The notes under the pieces were generated by a model. That model was given only the letters and a program-made list of their open reading frames with translations. It did no database searches and was not told where the DNA came from. Made by a program: the position numbers and the translations under genes. A stretch of 64,000 nt of DNA from Macrostomum lignano (taxonomy: Eukaryota), in assembly GCA_002269645.1 (NCBI GenBank), contig NIVC01001143.1:124001-188000 (forward strand), given 5' to 3'. Of this stretch, positions 23,401 through 31,015 are shown piece by piece; positions within the stretch are counted from its first letter, which is position 1, and each line of letters starts with the position of its first letter.

Positions 23401-26400
23401 TGTTGGGATTGAGGATGTGGTGTCTGCACCTGTGTCTACAGGTGTTAGGATTAACGAAATGATGTCTGCATCCCTATTACAGTTAAAGAGATCGTAAAGG
23501 AGGTTAAAAAGGTCAGAATGTCCTTCAGGTTATAAATAAATCATAATTCTGAGCATTGGATATTCCCACTCGCGTCAATTACATCCTCACAGCACGGCAA
23601 GCTAGTTGAGTACTGCTCCAACACGGTGCGCGTGGCGCCCTACTTTGTGGTCCGCGACCCGCCCGGCGACGCGCTGTTCGTCACGGGCCGCGGCACCACC
23701 CGCAGCAGCTTCCTGCAGTGGCAGTGCCTGCTGGAGACCCTCCACCTGGACGTGGACTTCTGGGACACGGAGCGCTACGAAGGCTTCAGCTTCTTCCGCG
23801 ACACCGGCCTGCGTCACGAGGTGACCTGGGTTGACCGCTACGGGGACCGCCTGCTCATTGTGCCAGACTACCGGCCCGAGCTGGTCTGCGGCCTCGACCT
23901 CGCCCGCCACTTCACCCTGGCCGCCAGGCTGGGTGACTCCGCCGCGCTGCTCATCGCCGGTGACCGCGCGCCGCTCGCCCGCCTGGTGGCTTCGCTGGCC
24001 GCCGAGCCCGCCAAGCCGCGGCTGGCCTACGGCTGCTCCGGCCGGCTGCTGCATCCCCTCAGCTGCGTCGGCGCCGACCGCGAGGAGGCCGTCAGAGAGA
24101 AGCGAATCCGCCGAATCCTCCGCGACCTCAACGCCGATTCGGCCGCCTCTGCCGCCGCCACCTCCGCCGCCGCTGTCCTCTACCGCCGGCAAGACGTTGA
24201 GATTCGCCGCGTCGGCTGCTGCCGCTGGAGCTACGGCGAGGCCGAATTCCGGCGCCTCGGCCTGCCGAGGACAGCCCGCCTCGCCTTTCTGGAGTTGCCG
24301 GACGGCGAGCCGCTCGAGTGCTGCCCGGCCGCCGCCTCCGTACCGATTGCCTCGCCGTGGGCGCAGGTGAGGCCGATGGGTCGATGACTTCGAAATAGCG
24401 CTTCTATAGAATCAGGCAATTCTGAAACCCATTGGAACAATCTGTGTCCTTGAGCAGGATACTCAACTCTGCATTGCTTCAGTTCACCCAGCTGTAAAAT
24501 GGGTGCCAGCATTAGCTGGGGTAATTGAGAGTGTGGTGACCTCCCAGTCCATGGACTGAACAGACTGAACAGCAATAGCTGCGGCTGAGCTGTCGGTTGC
24601 AGGTCTGGCCCGATTGGGGCAGGTGTAATCAATTATTATTATTACAAATCTAGACTTTTAAATATTGCAACCACCGATCTGTAAGACCAGACTCCTACCT
24701 GGGGAAAACTGGCTGCAGTGGACACGGACCGGCTCACGGAACGCCCTCTCCCCCCCCCCAGCTGTACCTGATCTGCCTGTCCCTGCTGCCCAGCTGCTCC
24801 CGGCGGAAGCTCTACAACCTCAAGCCGCTCAGGCCGCCTTCGACTGTTTCCGCGGCGGCAGACAACGAAGATGACGACGGCGGAGTTCTGTTTGCGCTGC
24901 CGTGGGGCGACACGCTGGAGCTGCCGCTGCTGGCCGCCATGTCGGTGCAGGCCTACCTCAGCGATGAGATCAGCGACTCCATGCGGGTTCGTCCGACTGC
25001 TGCTTTGCTGTGCCCGTGCACCTGTGCGTGTCTGCTGTGCCTGTCTGTGTGGATCCGCGTGTCTGCTGTGCCTGTTTGTGTGGATCCGTGTGTCTGCTGT
25101 GCCTGTTTGTGTGGATCTGTGTGTCTGCTGTGCCTGTCTGTGTGGATCCGTGTGTCTGCTGTGCCTGTCTGTGTGGATCCGTGTGTCTGCTGTGCCTGTC
25201 TGTGTGGATCTGTGTGTCTGCTGTGCCTGTCTGTGTGGATCCGTGTGTCTGCTGTGCCTGTCTGTGTGGATCCGTGTGTCTGCTGTGCCTGTTTGTGTGG
25301 ATCCGCGTGTCTGCTGTGCCTGTTTGTGTGGATCCGTGTGTCTGCTGTGCCTGTCTGTGTGGATCCGTGTGTCTGCTGTGCCTGTCTGTGTGGATCCGTG
25401 TGTCTGCTGTGCCTGTCTGTGTGGATCCGTGTGTCTGCTGTGCCTGTTTGTGTGGATCCGTGTGTCTGCTGTGCCTGTCTGTGTGGATCCGTGTGTCTGC
25501 TGTGCCTGTTTGTGTGGATCCGTGTGTCTGCTGTGCCTGTCTGTGTGGATCCGTGTGTCTGCTGTGCCTGTCTGTGTGGATCCGTGTGTCTGCTGTGCCT
25601 GTCTGTGTGGATCCGTGTGTCTGCTGTGCCTGTTTGTGTGGATCCGTGTGTCTGCTGTGCCTGTCTGTGTGGATCCGTGTGTCTGCTGTGCCTGTCTGTG
25701 TGGATCCGTGTGTCTGCTGTGCCTGTCTGTGTGGATCCGTGTGTCTGCTGTGCCTGTTTGTGTGGATCCGTGTGTCTGCTGTGCCTGTCTGTGTGGATCC
25801 GTGTGTCTGCTGTGCCTGTCTGTGTGGATCCGTGTGTCTGCTGTGCCTGTCTGTGTGGATCCGTGTGTCTGCTGTGCCTGTTTGTGTGGATCCGTGTGTC
25901 TGCTGTGCCTGTCTGTGTGGATCCGTGTGTCTGCTGTGCCTGTCTGTGTGGATCCGTGTGTCTGCTGTGCCTGTCTGTGTGGATCCGTGTGTCTGCTGTG
26001 CCTGTTTGTGTGGATCCGTGTGTCTGCTGTGCCTGTCTGTGTGGATCCGTGTGTCTGCTGTGCCTGTCTGTGTGGATCCGTGTGTCTGCTGTGCCTGTCT
26101 GTGTGGATCTGTGTGTCTGCTGTGCCTGTTTGTGTGGATCCGTGTGTCTGCTGTGCCTGTCTGTGTGGATCCGTGTGTCTGCTGTGCCTGTTTGTGTGGA
26201 TCCGTGTGTCTGCTGTGCCTGTCTGTGTGGATCCGTGTGTCTGCTGTGCCTGTCTGTGTGGATCCGTGTGTCTGCTGTGCCTGTCTGTGTGGATCTGTGT
26301 GTCTGCTGTGCCTGTTTGTGTGGATCCGTGTGTCTGCTGTGCCTGTCTGTGTGGATCTGTGTGTCTGCTGTGCCTGTCTGTGTGGATCCGTGTGTCTGCT

Positions 26401-29049
26401 GTGCCTGTTTGTGTGGATCCGTGTGTCTGCTGTGCCTGTCTGTGTGGATCCGTGTGTCTGCTGTGCCTGTCTGTGTGGATCTGTGTGTCTGGTGTGCGAG
26501 TGTCTGGCTAACTGTGTTTCGCACTCGTTTGTCGAGTGTGTCAGTCTCCCTGTGTCAATATTTCTTCAATCTCTTGTCCTTCCTTTTTTCTGTTGCTTAT
26601 TCGCGCCCAACCAAGGTCGGGTAAAATATTCCTCTTCAAAATCTTTTTGAAATCATACAAGGTAAATATAGTTCCAAGGTGTGTACTTTTAGGCATCGAA
26701 ATTCAAGTGCAAGACTCCGTCACGCCCGCTGTTCCCTTCAATCTGACGCCACCTCCCCAATTCAAAAATTTCCCGTGTTTTGCAAGCGAAAGCAAATGAC
26801 ATCTGCTGCAGCAGTTCGGCTGCCCCAGTCTACCCAAAGATAACTTTTAGCTGACGAGTCATTTGACAACTTGAATGCAGCTATAGTTACTCCCGCCGTT
26901 TACTCCAATAGAAATTAACTGCTACCTTTAGGAAGCGCCCTGACCTGGCTTCTGAGGGTTCATCAACTGCCCCGCCGCGCCTGTGAATCAGCGACCCGTC
27001 ATTCACGCCCTGGCGGGCCCATATTTGGGATGGCCTTCCCTCTGTCTCCCTTGCTGCTGCACGCGGCGATGATGCAGCCTTATAAACACATTGATATTAC
27101 TTGTAGGTGGGCTGGGTAAAGAGGGGATTCGAGGCCCAAATCATGTGGAATACTTGATAGCGGGCCAGCAGCCCCAGCAGCTCCACTGGTCCAATTTGTT
27201 ACACTGGAATCGGCCGCTGCAATCTGCCCAGATTGTAATCTGGTCGGTTCGCTGCGCTTCCAGTGTCCGATAGCGCACGCGGCACGCTTGCTAAGCAGGA
27301 GGCTTTGATAGTGATAGCTGGAAATGCCACCGCCGCTGCCTCCCTTGCTGACCGGCTGCGGCCTGTGCAGTTAATGCCCGGGATTGTAATGCGTTGTCAA
27401 GAGCCTTGAAGGGGAGAGTTCGGCCGCCACCCTCCCAGATTCCCATCTCTCTGTTAGCTACAGCCGCAGCCGCAATGCCGCACCGTCCCCGCCGCCCAAC
27501 CCAGGACTGCCCGAAGCTGAAGTCGCTGAGCTCCGACGTGGCGGCCAACGCTGCCAGCTACAGCCGCAGCCAGCCGGTGTCTCAGCGGGTCATTTTTTAC
27601 CTGCGCGACTACCGCAGGCAGGCGATGCGCTTCGCCCCCAAACCGCTGCGGCCGGCGATCCAGCAGGCGGTGGCCGAGGCGCTGCTGGCCATGAAGAAGG
27701 AGCTGGTGAGCGCCGGACACTTGCGAAGGAGTTCTTTAACCCTTAATGAATCGCCCTCCAGGCACCCTTAATGAATCGCCCTCCAGGCACCCTTAATGAA
27801 TCGCCCTCCAGGCACCCTTAATGAATCACCCTCCAGGCACCCTTAATGAATCGCCCTCCAGGCACCCTTAATGAATCGCCCTCCAGGCAACCTCAATGAA
27901 TCGCCCTCCAGGCACCCTTAATGAATCGCCCTCCAGGCACCCTTAATGAATCGCCCTCCAGGCACCCTTAATGAATCGCCCTCCAGGCACCCTCAATGAA
28001 TCGCCCTCCAGGCACCCTTAATGAATCGCCCTCCAGGCACCCTCAATGAATCGCCCTCCAGGCAGCCTTCATGAATCGCCCTCCAGGGACCCTTAATGAA
28101 TCGCCCTCCAGGCACCCTTAATGAATCACCCTCCAGGCACCCTCAATGAATCTCCCTCCAGGCACCCTTAATGAATCGCCCTCCAGGCACCCTCAATGAA
28201 TCGCCCTCCAGGCACCCTTAATGAATCGCCCTCCAGGCACCCTTAATGAATCGCCCTCCAGGCACCCTTAATGAATCGCCCTCCAGGCACCCTTAATGAA
28301 TCGCCCTCCAGGCAACCTTAATGAATCGCCCTCCAGGCACCCTCAATGAATCGCCCTCCAGGCACCCTTAATGAATCGTCCTCCAGGCACCCTCAATGAA
28401 TCGCCCTCCAGGCAGCCTTCATGAATCACCCTCCAGGCACCCTCAATGAATCTCCCTCCAGGCACCCTTAATGAATCGCCCTCCAGGCACCCTCAATGAA
28501 TCTCCCTCCAGGCACCCTTAATGAATCGCCCTCCAGGCACCCTTAATGAATCGCCCTCCAGGCAACCTTAATGAATCGCCCTCCAGGCACCCTCAATGAA
28601 TCGCCCTCCAGGCAACCTTAATGAATCGCCCTCCAGGCAGCCTTCATGAATCGCCCTCCAGGCACCCTTAATGAATCGCCCTCCAGGCACCCTTAATGAA
28701 TCGCCCTCCAGGCACCCTTAATAAATCGCCCTCCAGGCAACCTTCATGAATCGCCCTCCAGGCACCCTTAACGAATCGCCCTCCAGACAGCCGTGCTCGA
28801 ACCGCCTGCCCATCGCTCACCCACCCTCGTCAGGGCAGTCGCGAGTTCCGCCGCCGCAGCCGCCGCAGCCGGCAGGAGCTGGTCTCTCCGGCCGCGCTTC
28901 ACTTCGCAGACTTGCTGGACTCCAGCGGCGTAGCCCGTCCAGCCCGGCCGCAGCCGGACAGCGACCTGGCCAAACTTAGCGACCTGTTGGACGAGCCGGA
29001 CTACCAGCTGCTGGACCTGATGGCGCACCTGGCCAGCCAGCCCTTTTGA
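117..29049 (+). CDS. Gene A (14-exon model, ~1473 aa): PH-like + degenerate WW + Gly-rich (PGRS/collagen-like) + DUF7932-like large protein
   Basis: Exons 117-530, 912-1217, 3175-3372, 3770-4201, 7353-7443, 9180-9532, 19186-19830, 20715-20858, 22056-22160, 22734-23051, 23593-24366, 24762-24986, 27505-27705, 28834-29049. All introns are GT-AG and phase-compatible; the total is 4422 nt, ending in TGA. Start codon and acceptors of exons 8, 9 and 13 have in-frame alternatives. Confidence 0.75.
773..858 (-). mobile_element. tRNA-derived SINE-like head inside intron 1 of gene A
   Basis: Minus strand has a Pol III B box GGTTCGATTCC (plus 782-792) about 30 nt downstream of an A-box-like TAGCTCGTGAC; no complete cloverleaf, so not called a tRNA gene. 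Confidence 0.45.
912..1217 (+). CDS. Gene A exon 2 (second half of PH-like domain)
   Basis: ccag|GTG acceptor; VFAIRF...WQRFRAVSVHQMYRWMLVLRRL matches the PH C-terminal strand and helix with its conserved Trp; donor GAG|GTTTGC. Confidence 0.75.
1348..1870. repeat. 33-bp minisatellite (TTCAGCCGAAGCTTGTAATTCCCTTAGTTTTAA), ~15 copies
   Basis: Direct tandem periodicity; intron 2 of gene A. Confidence 0.95.
2715..3110. repeat. 61-72-bp minisatellite (GAGTGGCCGCTTCCTCAATGCGGGGAATTCG...), ~6 copies
   Basis: Tandem copies with period 61, some carrying an 11-bp insertion; intron 2 of gene A. Confidence 0.9.
3175..3372 (+). CDS. Gene A exon 3 (linker)
   Basis: gcag|GAG; EFQGRWDKCHPSML...QVPAV; donor GTG|GTGAGT; phase 0/0. 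Confidence 0.7.
3431..3732. repeat. 29-bp minisatellite (CTGAGCACCTGGAGGTGATGAGGCTCAGT), ~10 copies
   Basis: Fills most of intron 3 of gene A. Confidence 0.95.
3770..4201 (+). CDS. Gene A exon 4 (degenerate WW domain)
   Basis: LPEHVQHLWDFNLDRAVFVDHANKAVFYEDPR aligns to the WW consensus LPxGW...xYFVDHxxKTTxWEDPR; donor AAG|GTGAGG. Confidence 0.75.
5132..6170. repeat. 23-bp minisatellite (GTGAGCAGTGTCACTGAATTTGG), ~44 copies
   Basis: Highly homogeneous tandem array in intron 4 of gene A. Confidence 0.97.
6776..7296. mobile_element. Putative MITE-like element with 20-bp imperfect TIRs and an internal ~26-bp tandem repeat
   Basis: Left TTTTCCCACCGTTGACCTCA (6776-6795) vs reverse complement of right end TTTTCCCACTGTTGGTCTCA (7277-7296), 17/20 identical; internal repeat AGCTGTGTCCGACCAAAAGACCACCT at ~6880-7280. 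No clear TSD. Confidence 0.5.
7353..7443 (+). CDS. Gene A exon 5 (start of Gly-X-Y/Gly-rich region)
   Basis: tttttcag|CCC; PQLIVISSCGLNGVDGLKGEDGRDGHPGEE; donor G|GTATGC (phase 1). Confidence 0.75.
8365..8448. repeat. (GA)n microsatellite, ~42 units
   Basis: Pure GA run in intron 5 of gene A. Confidence 0.98.
9180..9532 (+). CDS. Gene A exon 6 (GGxGG repeats interrupted by hydrophobic strands)
   Basis: tgcag|CC (phase 1, matches exon 5); GGRGEDGGRGGDGG...FHLLLSG...IIFADLHGGRGG; donor ACG|GTGAGT. Confidence 0.8.
11088..12740 (+). CDS. Gene B: intronless 550-aa Gln/His/Ser-rich low-complexity protein nested in intron 6 of gene A
   Basis: 1653-bp ORF with strong GC3 codon bias like the other genes here; in-frame TAA two codons upstream of ATG; AATAAA at 12962 and 13058; short GYF-like motif LYYLDSASRLHGPM. 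Confidence 0.7.
   Translation: MTTKLQHHLVHPHHQHDKTDSNIASFGGTVTTTLSAAEGSGLRSVEKNAVLTEQLGGNQQHLLLHSVGSDAASGTSTGGTGDSGSVDDDALSAASGVSSGVSTDSAEMLERRLLLQRQQLLLQQQQQLQQQLQQQHQHQQQSERFASLLTVERGPATWTSHAQVTFRYRSDRLYYLDSASRLHGPMDQREQCQVASVRRYVSRSSSSQPPVATRSHHRTMHTVQTAAAGPPASGAAAATSSGFVSSATGGLDDGILLLERRLTSQSQHQHQHHQLPYSRVQVNRYDDWNSGPAPMPRSYSQQLDYGAGFRRQRSHRDQPVHQQHHSYHRQHQQFRGRQHSNPGFDARLEHLERSLNDAMESIRRQTSVQQQQQTRQSHHHQHHQHHGGRPQNQQHLYIASEHQDSAELNRRFSSEPPFEFRYSQRTMTHEPPQVTEEVETTTLQPIGRGIHDLGSGSRVIATQVQQQQQQYSLTEQRGTVGRVSRLAVRPPEAGARSLSANRNATLRASTPVSPKPLTVGGSGGGGGGGFSRGRHLSANTQQQREFTQVY
13595..14149. repeat. 40/44-bp minisatellite (TTCATTCTTGAGACACCTGTAGGCATCGAGTATGTGGAGC), left arm
   Basis: Tandem array interrupted by the LTR element at ACACC. 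Confidence 0.95.
14150..14274 (-). repeat. 3' LTR (125 bp)
   Basis: TG...CA termini with 6-bp inverted ends; adjacent polypurine tract AAGGTGGAGGGA on the minus strand (14275-14286). Confidence 0.97.
14295..17387 (-). CDS. pol: Retrotransposon Pol (aspartic protease, reverse transcriptase, RNase H, integrase)
   Basis: LIDSGSS protease; RT ...LNIQDDIIVYG; RNase H VDASPVGLGAIL / YSQIEREALAI; integrase HEGH...CKKC, DFKGP, SDNG, GEVERFN. Open over 1030 codons; in frame with gag. Confidence 0.95.
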   Translation of the reverse strand: MEINGIESTVLIDSGSSASLISMKSWESVKSKDTVLNRSEKPRLYAYMSKKALEVLGTTTLVVMAGDSVKRIKFIVTCGINAETILGCQDSIDLNLLQITINQIEKKNEEIERILKDHQEVFQGVGRLTTQPAVTIALKEGSTPISQSITRVAAHLREALLQELEEQENSGIIEKVDGPSAWLSRLVVVPKGKTGKVRLTVDLRNLNEATEKLQFPIPSLDDQLTNMGEASCFSYIDGKKMFHQIELDSESRHLTTFSTGIPGQPLYRYKRLPMGWVNSSFYLQAYMTKVLAGLQGLLNIQDDIIVYGKDVKEHNNRLKQVLARLVENGMTVGKEKCKFGMSKATFMGFILTEKGITIHEKKTEAIQMFKPPCNPSEVKSFLGLAQFVARFVPNLATLSKPLNDLTKKGKTWEWGPEQENSFNSIKAAISSTETLAYFGTGRETQLRVDASPVGLGAILVQRQKDGNLQPVCYASITLTDVETRYSQIEREALAIKWGCEKFSHFLKGAAEFTVITDHKPLLGCFASNSKPPPRIERWAMRLQPFNFKIKYEPGDTNEADILSRQPVKTPNDTLCNRRDIAFINSKLENAVSTALSLEQIRKDSAIDDEIVEALESIVSGETWKKHNKLFAERNKLSEQNGILLYEDRIVLPKSMRQKALLIAHEGHQRISKAKERLRSTVFWPGISKDVEIFCKKCNVCIHTTKKGSRIPIVPTEIPDKPWDKVAMDFKGPLPNGSNLLVFIDYHSRFPLVFIMKRTEASDVVRILKKVISLFGPMKELVSDNGTNFCSKVVDEYLNSQGVIHSRIIPRHPAANGEVERFNETLNKVIRRSRILNGSSFEEELQIFLHAYRTTPMRATGVAPANLFFRWSARTKLPQMNDETIDPLIKQKDKDADYKRKMSNYANRNARDCDIKTGDTVVIEREARNKYDSFFGTEQYYVRKRVGGLLILENKSGTIKKRHVNKARKIFPDSESDEALVTFSGGGGMSDSQREKRDASEIPQCDPRTMRRSGLRPQTVLRRPVRFPTMN
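17409..18341 (-). CDS. gag: Retrotransposon Gag with two CCHC zinc knuckles
   Basis: CYRCNRTGHRPWDC and CKFCHKKGHIKQAC (CX2CX4HX4C); capsid-like ETFDSFYSRLKSAAKYC...LLRDLIV. Confidence 0.93.
   Translation of the reverse strand: MASAQFYSIGHFDPDEDPLNNADKWNEYVQEVELFMEVQGIADEKKQATFLLLAGPKIRKLLQTVSYEQGYEATKEALSSLFQGATNSVHETYKLLSVSQIEGETFDSFYSRLKSAAKYCNLHVEYKPGGNESTVKLSFEDRLLRDLIVLKSTSKPLRTLLLKEGSDLTLKKAVEISKNFEATKTQAKDIEKPTNEARNTVSKIDNRPTNKLQFKQTDKRTSTPNTNKCDRVCYRCNRTGHRPWDCFARNMECKFCHKKGHIKQACRLCLKTGSRIKTRNIQISEQPEEQNGNDESNGEEINTVAMTESK
18388..18401 (-). promoter_or_regulatory. Primer-binding site complementary to the tRNA-Leu 3' end
   Basis: Minus strand TGGTGGCAGCGGTG, 1 nt inside the 5' LTR; complementary to ...CACCGCTGCCA-CCA of eukaryotic tRNA-Leu(AAG/TAG). 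Confidence 0.8.
18403..18527 (-). repeat. 5' LTR (125 bp)
   Basis: 124/125 identical to 14150-14274. Confidence 0.97.
18528..18930. repeat. 44-bp minisatellite, right arm of the array split by the LTR element
   Basis: Same unit as 13595-14149, with TAAGC/CATGT variants. Confidence 0.95.
19186..19830 (+). CDS. Gene A exon 7 (Gly-rich end, start of DUF7932-like region)
   Basis: tacag|GGC continues the Gly repeat of exon 6 in phase 0; GGNGGRLLITADNPCLLMLVEADLRGG...YDVVVEQYEV...VVVTNVRLRNRGGMALP; donor AAG|GTGAGC. Confidence 0.8.
20481..20657. repeat. 31-bp minisatellite (CACCCAGCCTGGCCTGACCTAAACCTTCTGA), ~6 copies
   Basis: Tandem copies just upstream of the exon 8 acceptor. Confidence 0.9.
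20715..20858 (+). CDS. Gene A exon 8
   Basis: gcag|CTG; LEPNEQYTVTALFHGRL...LVGRQFTG; donor GGG|GTGAGT. Alternative in-frame acceptor at 20690. Confidence 0.7.
20883..21822. repeat. 21/22-bp pyrimidine-rich minisatellite (CATTCCCTACACCTCTCCCCTG), ~43 copies
   Basis: Starts about 25 bp after the exon 8 donor. Confidence 0.97.
22056..22160 (+). CDS. Gene A exon 9
   Basis: ctcag|GTC; VGCTRKVRIRHPVVLSAVNLPPQMGRGEQYCVNIE; donor GAG|GTGAGC. Alternative in-frame acceptor at 22013. Confidence 0.65.
22186..22627. repeat. 21-bp minisatellite (GTGAGCTCATTCTACCCGTGT), ~20 copies
   Basis: Fills most of intron 9 of gene A. Confidence 0.97.
22734..23051 (+). CDS. Gene A exon 10 (beta-sandwich-like)
   Basis: aacag|GTG; VTNQSAFNF...CQVELYM; donor ATG|GTGAGT. 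Confidence 0.75.
23077..23447. repeat. 42-bp minisatellite (GAGGATGTGGTGTCTGCACCTGTGTCTACAGGTGTTGGGATT), ~9 copies
   Basis: Intron 10 of gene A. Confidence 0.95.
23593..24366 (+). CDS. Gene A exon 11 (alpha/beta region)
   Basis: cacag|CAC; HGKLVEYCSNTVRVAPYF...DALFVTG...QWQCLLETLHLDVDFWDTERY; donor CAG|GTGAGG. Confidence 0.8.
24762..24986 (+). CDS. Gene A exon 12
   Basis: Poly-C tract then ccag|CTG; LYLICLSLLP...SDEISDSMR; donor CGG|GTTCGT. Confidence 0.7.
25022..26490. repeat. 31-bp minisatellite (GTGTCTGCTGTGCCTGTCTGTGTGGATCCGT), ~47 copies
   Basis: Starts about 35 bp after the exon 12 donor; explains the four 500-aa Cys-rich ORFs. Confidence 0.97.
27505..27705 (+). CDS. Gene A exon 13 (helical)
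   Basis: ccag|GAC; DCPKLKSLSSDV...ALLAMKKEL; donor CTG|GTGAGC. Alternative in-frame acceptor at 27438. Confidence 0.65.
27741..28790. repeat. 25-bp minisatellite (CCTTAATGAATCGCCCTCCAGGCAC), ~41 copies
   Basis: Fills almost all of intron 13 of gene A. Confidence 0.97.
28834..29049 (+). CDS. Gene A exon 14 (terminal)
   Basis: tcag|GGC; GSREFRRRSRRS...LDLMAHLASQPF-TGA. Confidence 0.7.
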   Translation, partial: GSREFRRRSRRSRQELVSPAALHFADLLDSSGVARPARPQPDSDLAKLSDLLDEPDYQLLDLMAHLASQPF

Positions 29050-29112
29050 CCTGCTGGGCAGTCAAGCCAACCTGGCAGTCTAGCAGGCTGGATAGACTAA
29101 CGATCCGCTGAT

Positions 29113-29446
29113 TTCTGAGACACCTGGTCTCTGAGACACCTGGTTTCTGAGACACCTGGTTTCTGAGACACCTGGTTTCTGAGACACCTGGTTTCTGAGA
29201 CACCTGGTTTCTGAGACACCTGGTTTCTGAGACACCTGGTTTTTGAGACACCTGGTTTCTGAGACACCTGGTTTCTGAGACACCTGGTCTCTGAGACACC
29301 TGGTTTCTGAGACACCTGGTCTCTGAGACACCTGGTTTCTGAGACACCTGGTCTCTGAGATACCTGGTTTCTGAGACACTTGGTTTCTGAGACACCTGGT
29401 CTCTGAGATACCTGGTTTCTGAGACACCTGGTTTCTGAGACACCTG
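29113..29446. repeat. 16-bp minisatellite (CTGAGACACCTGGTTT), ~20 copies
   Basis: Just downstream of the gene A stop. Confidence 0.95.
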
Positions 29447-29874
29447 TATCCGCCATCAACCAGCCATTTGCTCTGCCTTCTCTGCATCCAGCCGACTTCA
29501 AGACCCATCCTCTATTGTTCAGCACTGGAACTGCTTCGCCGCCTCGCTCTCATCCATCCGCCTGTCTCAGCCTGAGATCCCATTTAATGGGCCAGAGCCG
29601 CGCACTGTTATTGAGGAGTGGGGGTCAACCGAGGACCACCACTACGGCATTTAATCACTGACTGAACTCTTTTTTGCACTTTTACAGTTTTTTTGGCGCT
29701 TGGGCGATTCGAACGCATCCGTCTGCGAGCCATGACCCCCCCCCATCTCAGAGCTGCCCTCTCCGCTTTTGCCTGTTGCTTTTGCAACTGGTCTGATGCA
29801 ACTGTTTCATGCGAGCAACGGGATCTTCTGACTGCGGCTTTTACTTGCGTACCACTGGTGATGCGCCCAGCTCT

Positions 29875-31015
29875 TCCCCTGCTCTCCCCCTGCCCATATC
29901 CCCACTCCCCCTGCCCATCTCCCCACTCTCCCCTGAACATCTCCCCACTCTCTCCTGACCATCTCCCCACTCCCCCTGCCCATCTCCCCACTCTCCCCTG
30001 CCTATCTACCCACTCCCCCTGCCCATCTCCCCACTCTCCCCTGCCCATCTCCCCACTCTCCCCTGCCTATCTACCCACTCTCCCCTGCCTATCTACCCAC
30101 TCTCCCCTGCCCATCTCCCCACTCTCCCCTGCCTATCTCCCCACTCTCCCCTGCCCATCTCCCCACTCCCCCTGCCCATCTCCCCACTCTCCCCTGCCCA
30201 TCTCCCCACTCCCCCTGCCCATCTCCCCACTCTCCCCTGCCTATCTACCCACTCTCCCCTGCCTATCTACCCACTCTCCCCTGCCTATCTACCCACTCTC
30301 CCCTGCCTATCTCCCCACTCTCCCCTGAACATCTCCCCACTCTCCCCTGCCCATCTCCCCACTCTCCCCTGCCTATCTCCCCACTCTCCCCCGAACATCT
30401 CCCCACTCTCTCCTGAACATCTCCCCACTCTCCCCTGCCTATCTCCCCACTCTCCCCTGCCCATCTCCCCACTCCCCCTGCCCATCTCCCCACTCTCCCC
30501 TGCCCATCTCCCCACTCCCCCTGCCCATCTCCCCACTCTCCCCTGCCTATCTACCCACTCTCCCCTGCCCATCTCCCCACTCTCCCCTGCCTATCTCCCC
30601 ACTCTCCCCTGAACATCTCCCCACTCTCCCCTGAACATCTCCCCACTCTCCCCTGCCTATCTCCCCACTCTCCCCTGCCCCCCTCTCCCCACTCTCCCCT
30701 GAACATCTCCCCACTCTCCCCTGCCTATCTCCCCACTCTCCCCTGCCCCCCTCCCCACTCTCCCCTGAACATCTCCCCACTCTCCCCTGAACATCTCCCC
30801 ACTCTCCCCTGAACATCTCCCCACTCTCCCCTGAACATCTCCCCACTCTCCCCTGCCCCCCTCTCCCTGCTCTCCCTGCCCATCTCCCCACTCTCCCCTG
30901 CCCCCCTCTCCCTGCTCTCCCTGCCCTTCTCCCCACTCTCCCCTGCCCCCCTCTCCCTGCTCTCCCTGCCCATCTCCCCACTCTCCCCTGCCCCCCTCTC
31001 CCTGCTCTCCCTGCC
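29875..31015. repeat. ~20-21-bp C-rich minisatellite (CCCCACTCTCCCCTGCCCATCT variants)
   Basis: Degenerate tandem array with extreme strand asymmetry. Confidence 0.92.

Noticed and set aside
24871-26650. Four 520-560-aa Cys-rich or His/Thr-rich ORFs
   Set aside because: They are read-throughs of a 31-bp intronic minisatellite open in several frames; only 24762-24986 is exon.
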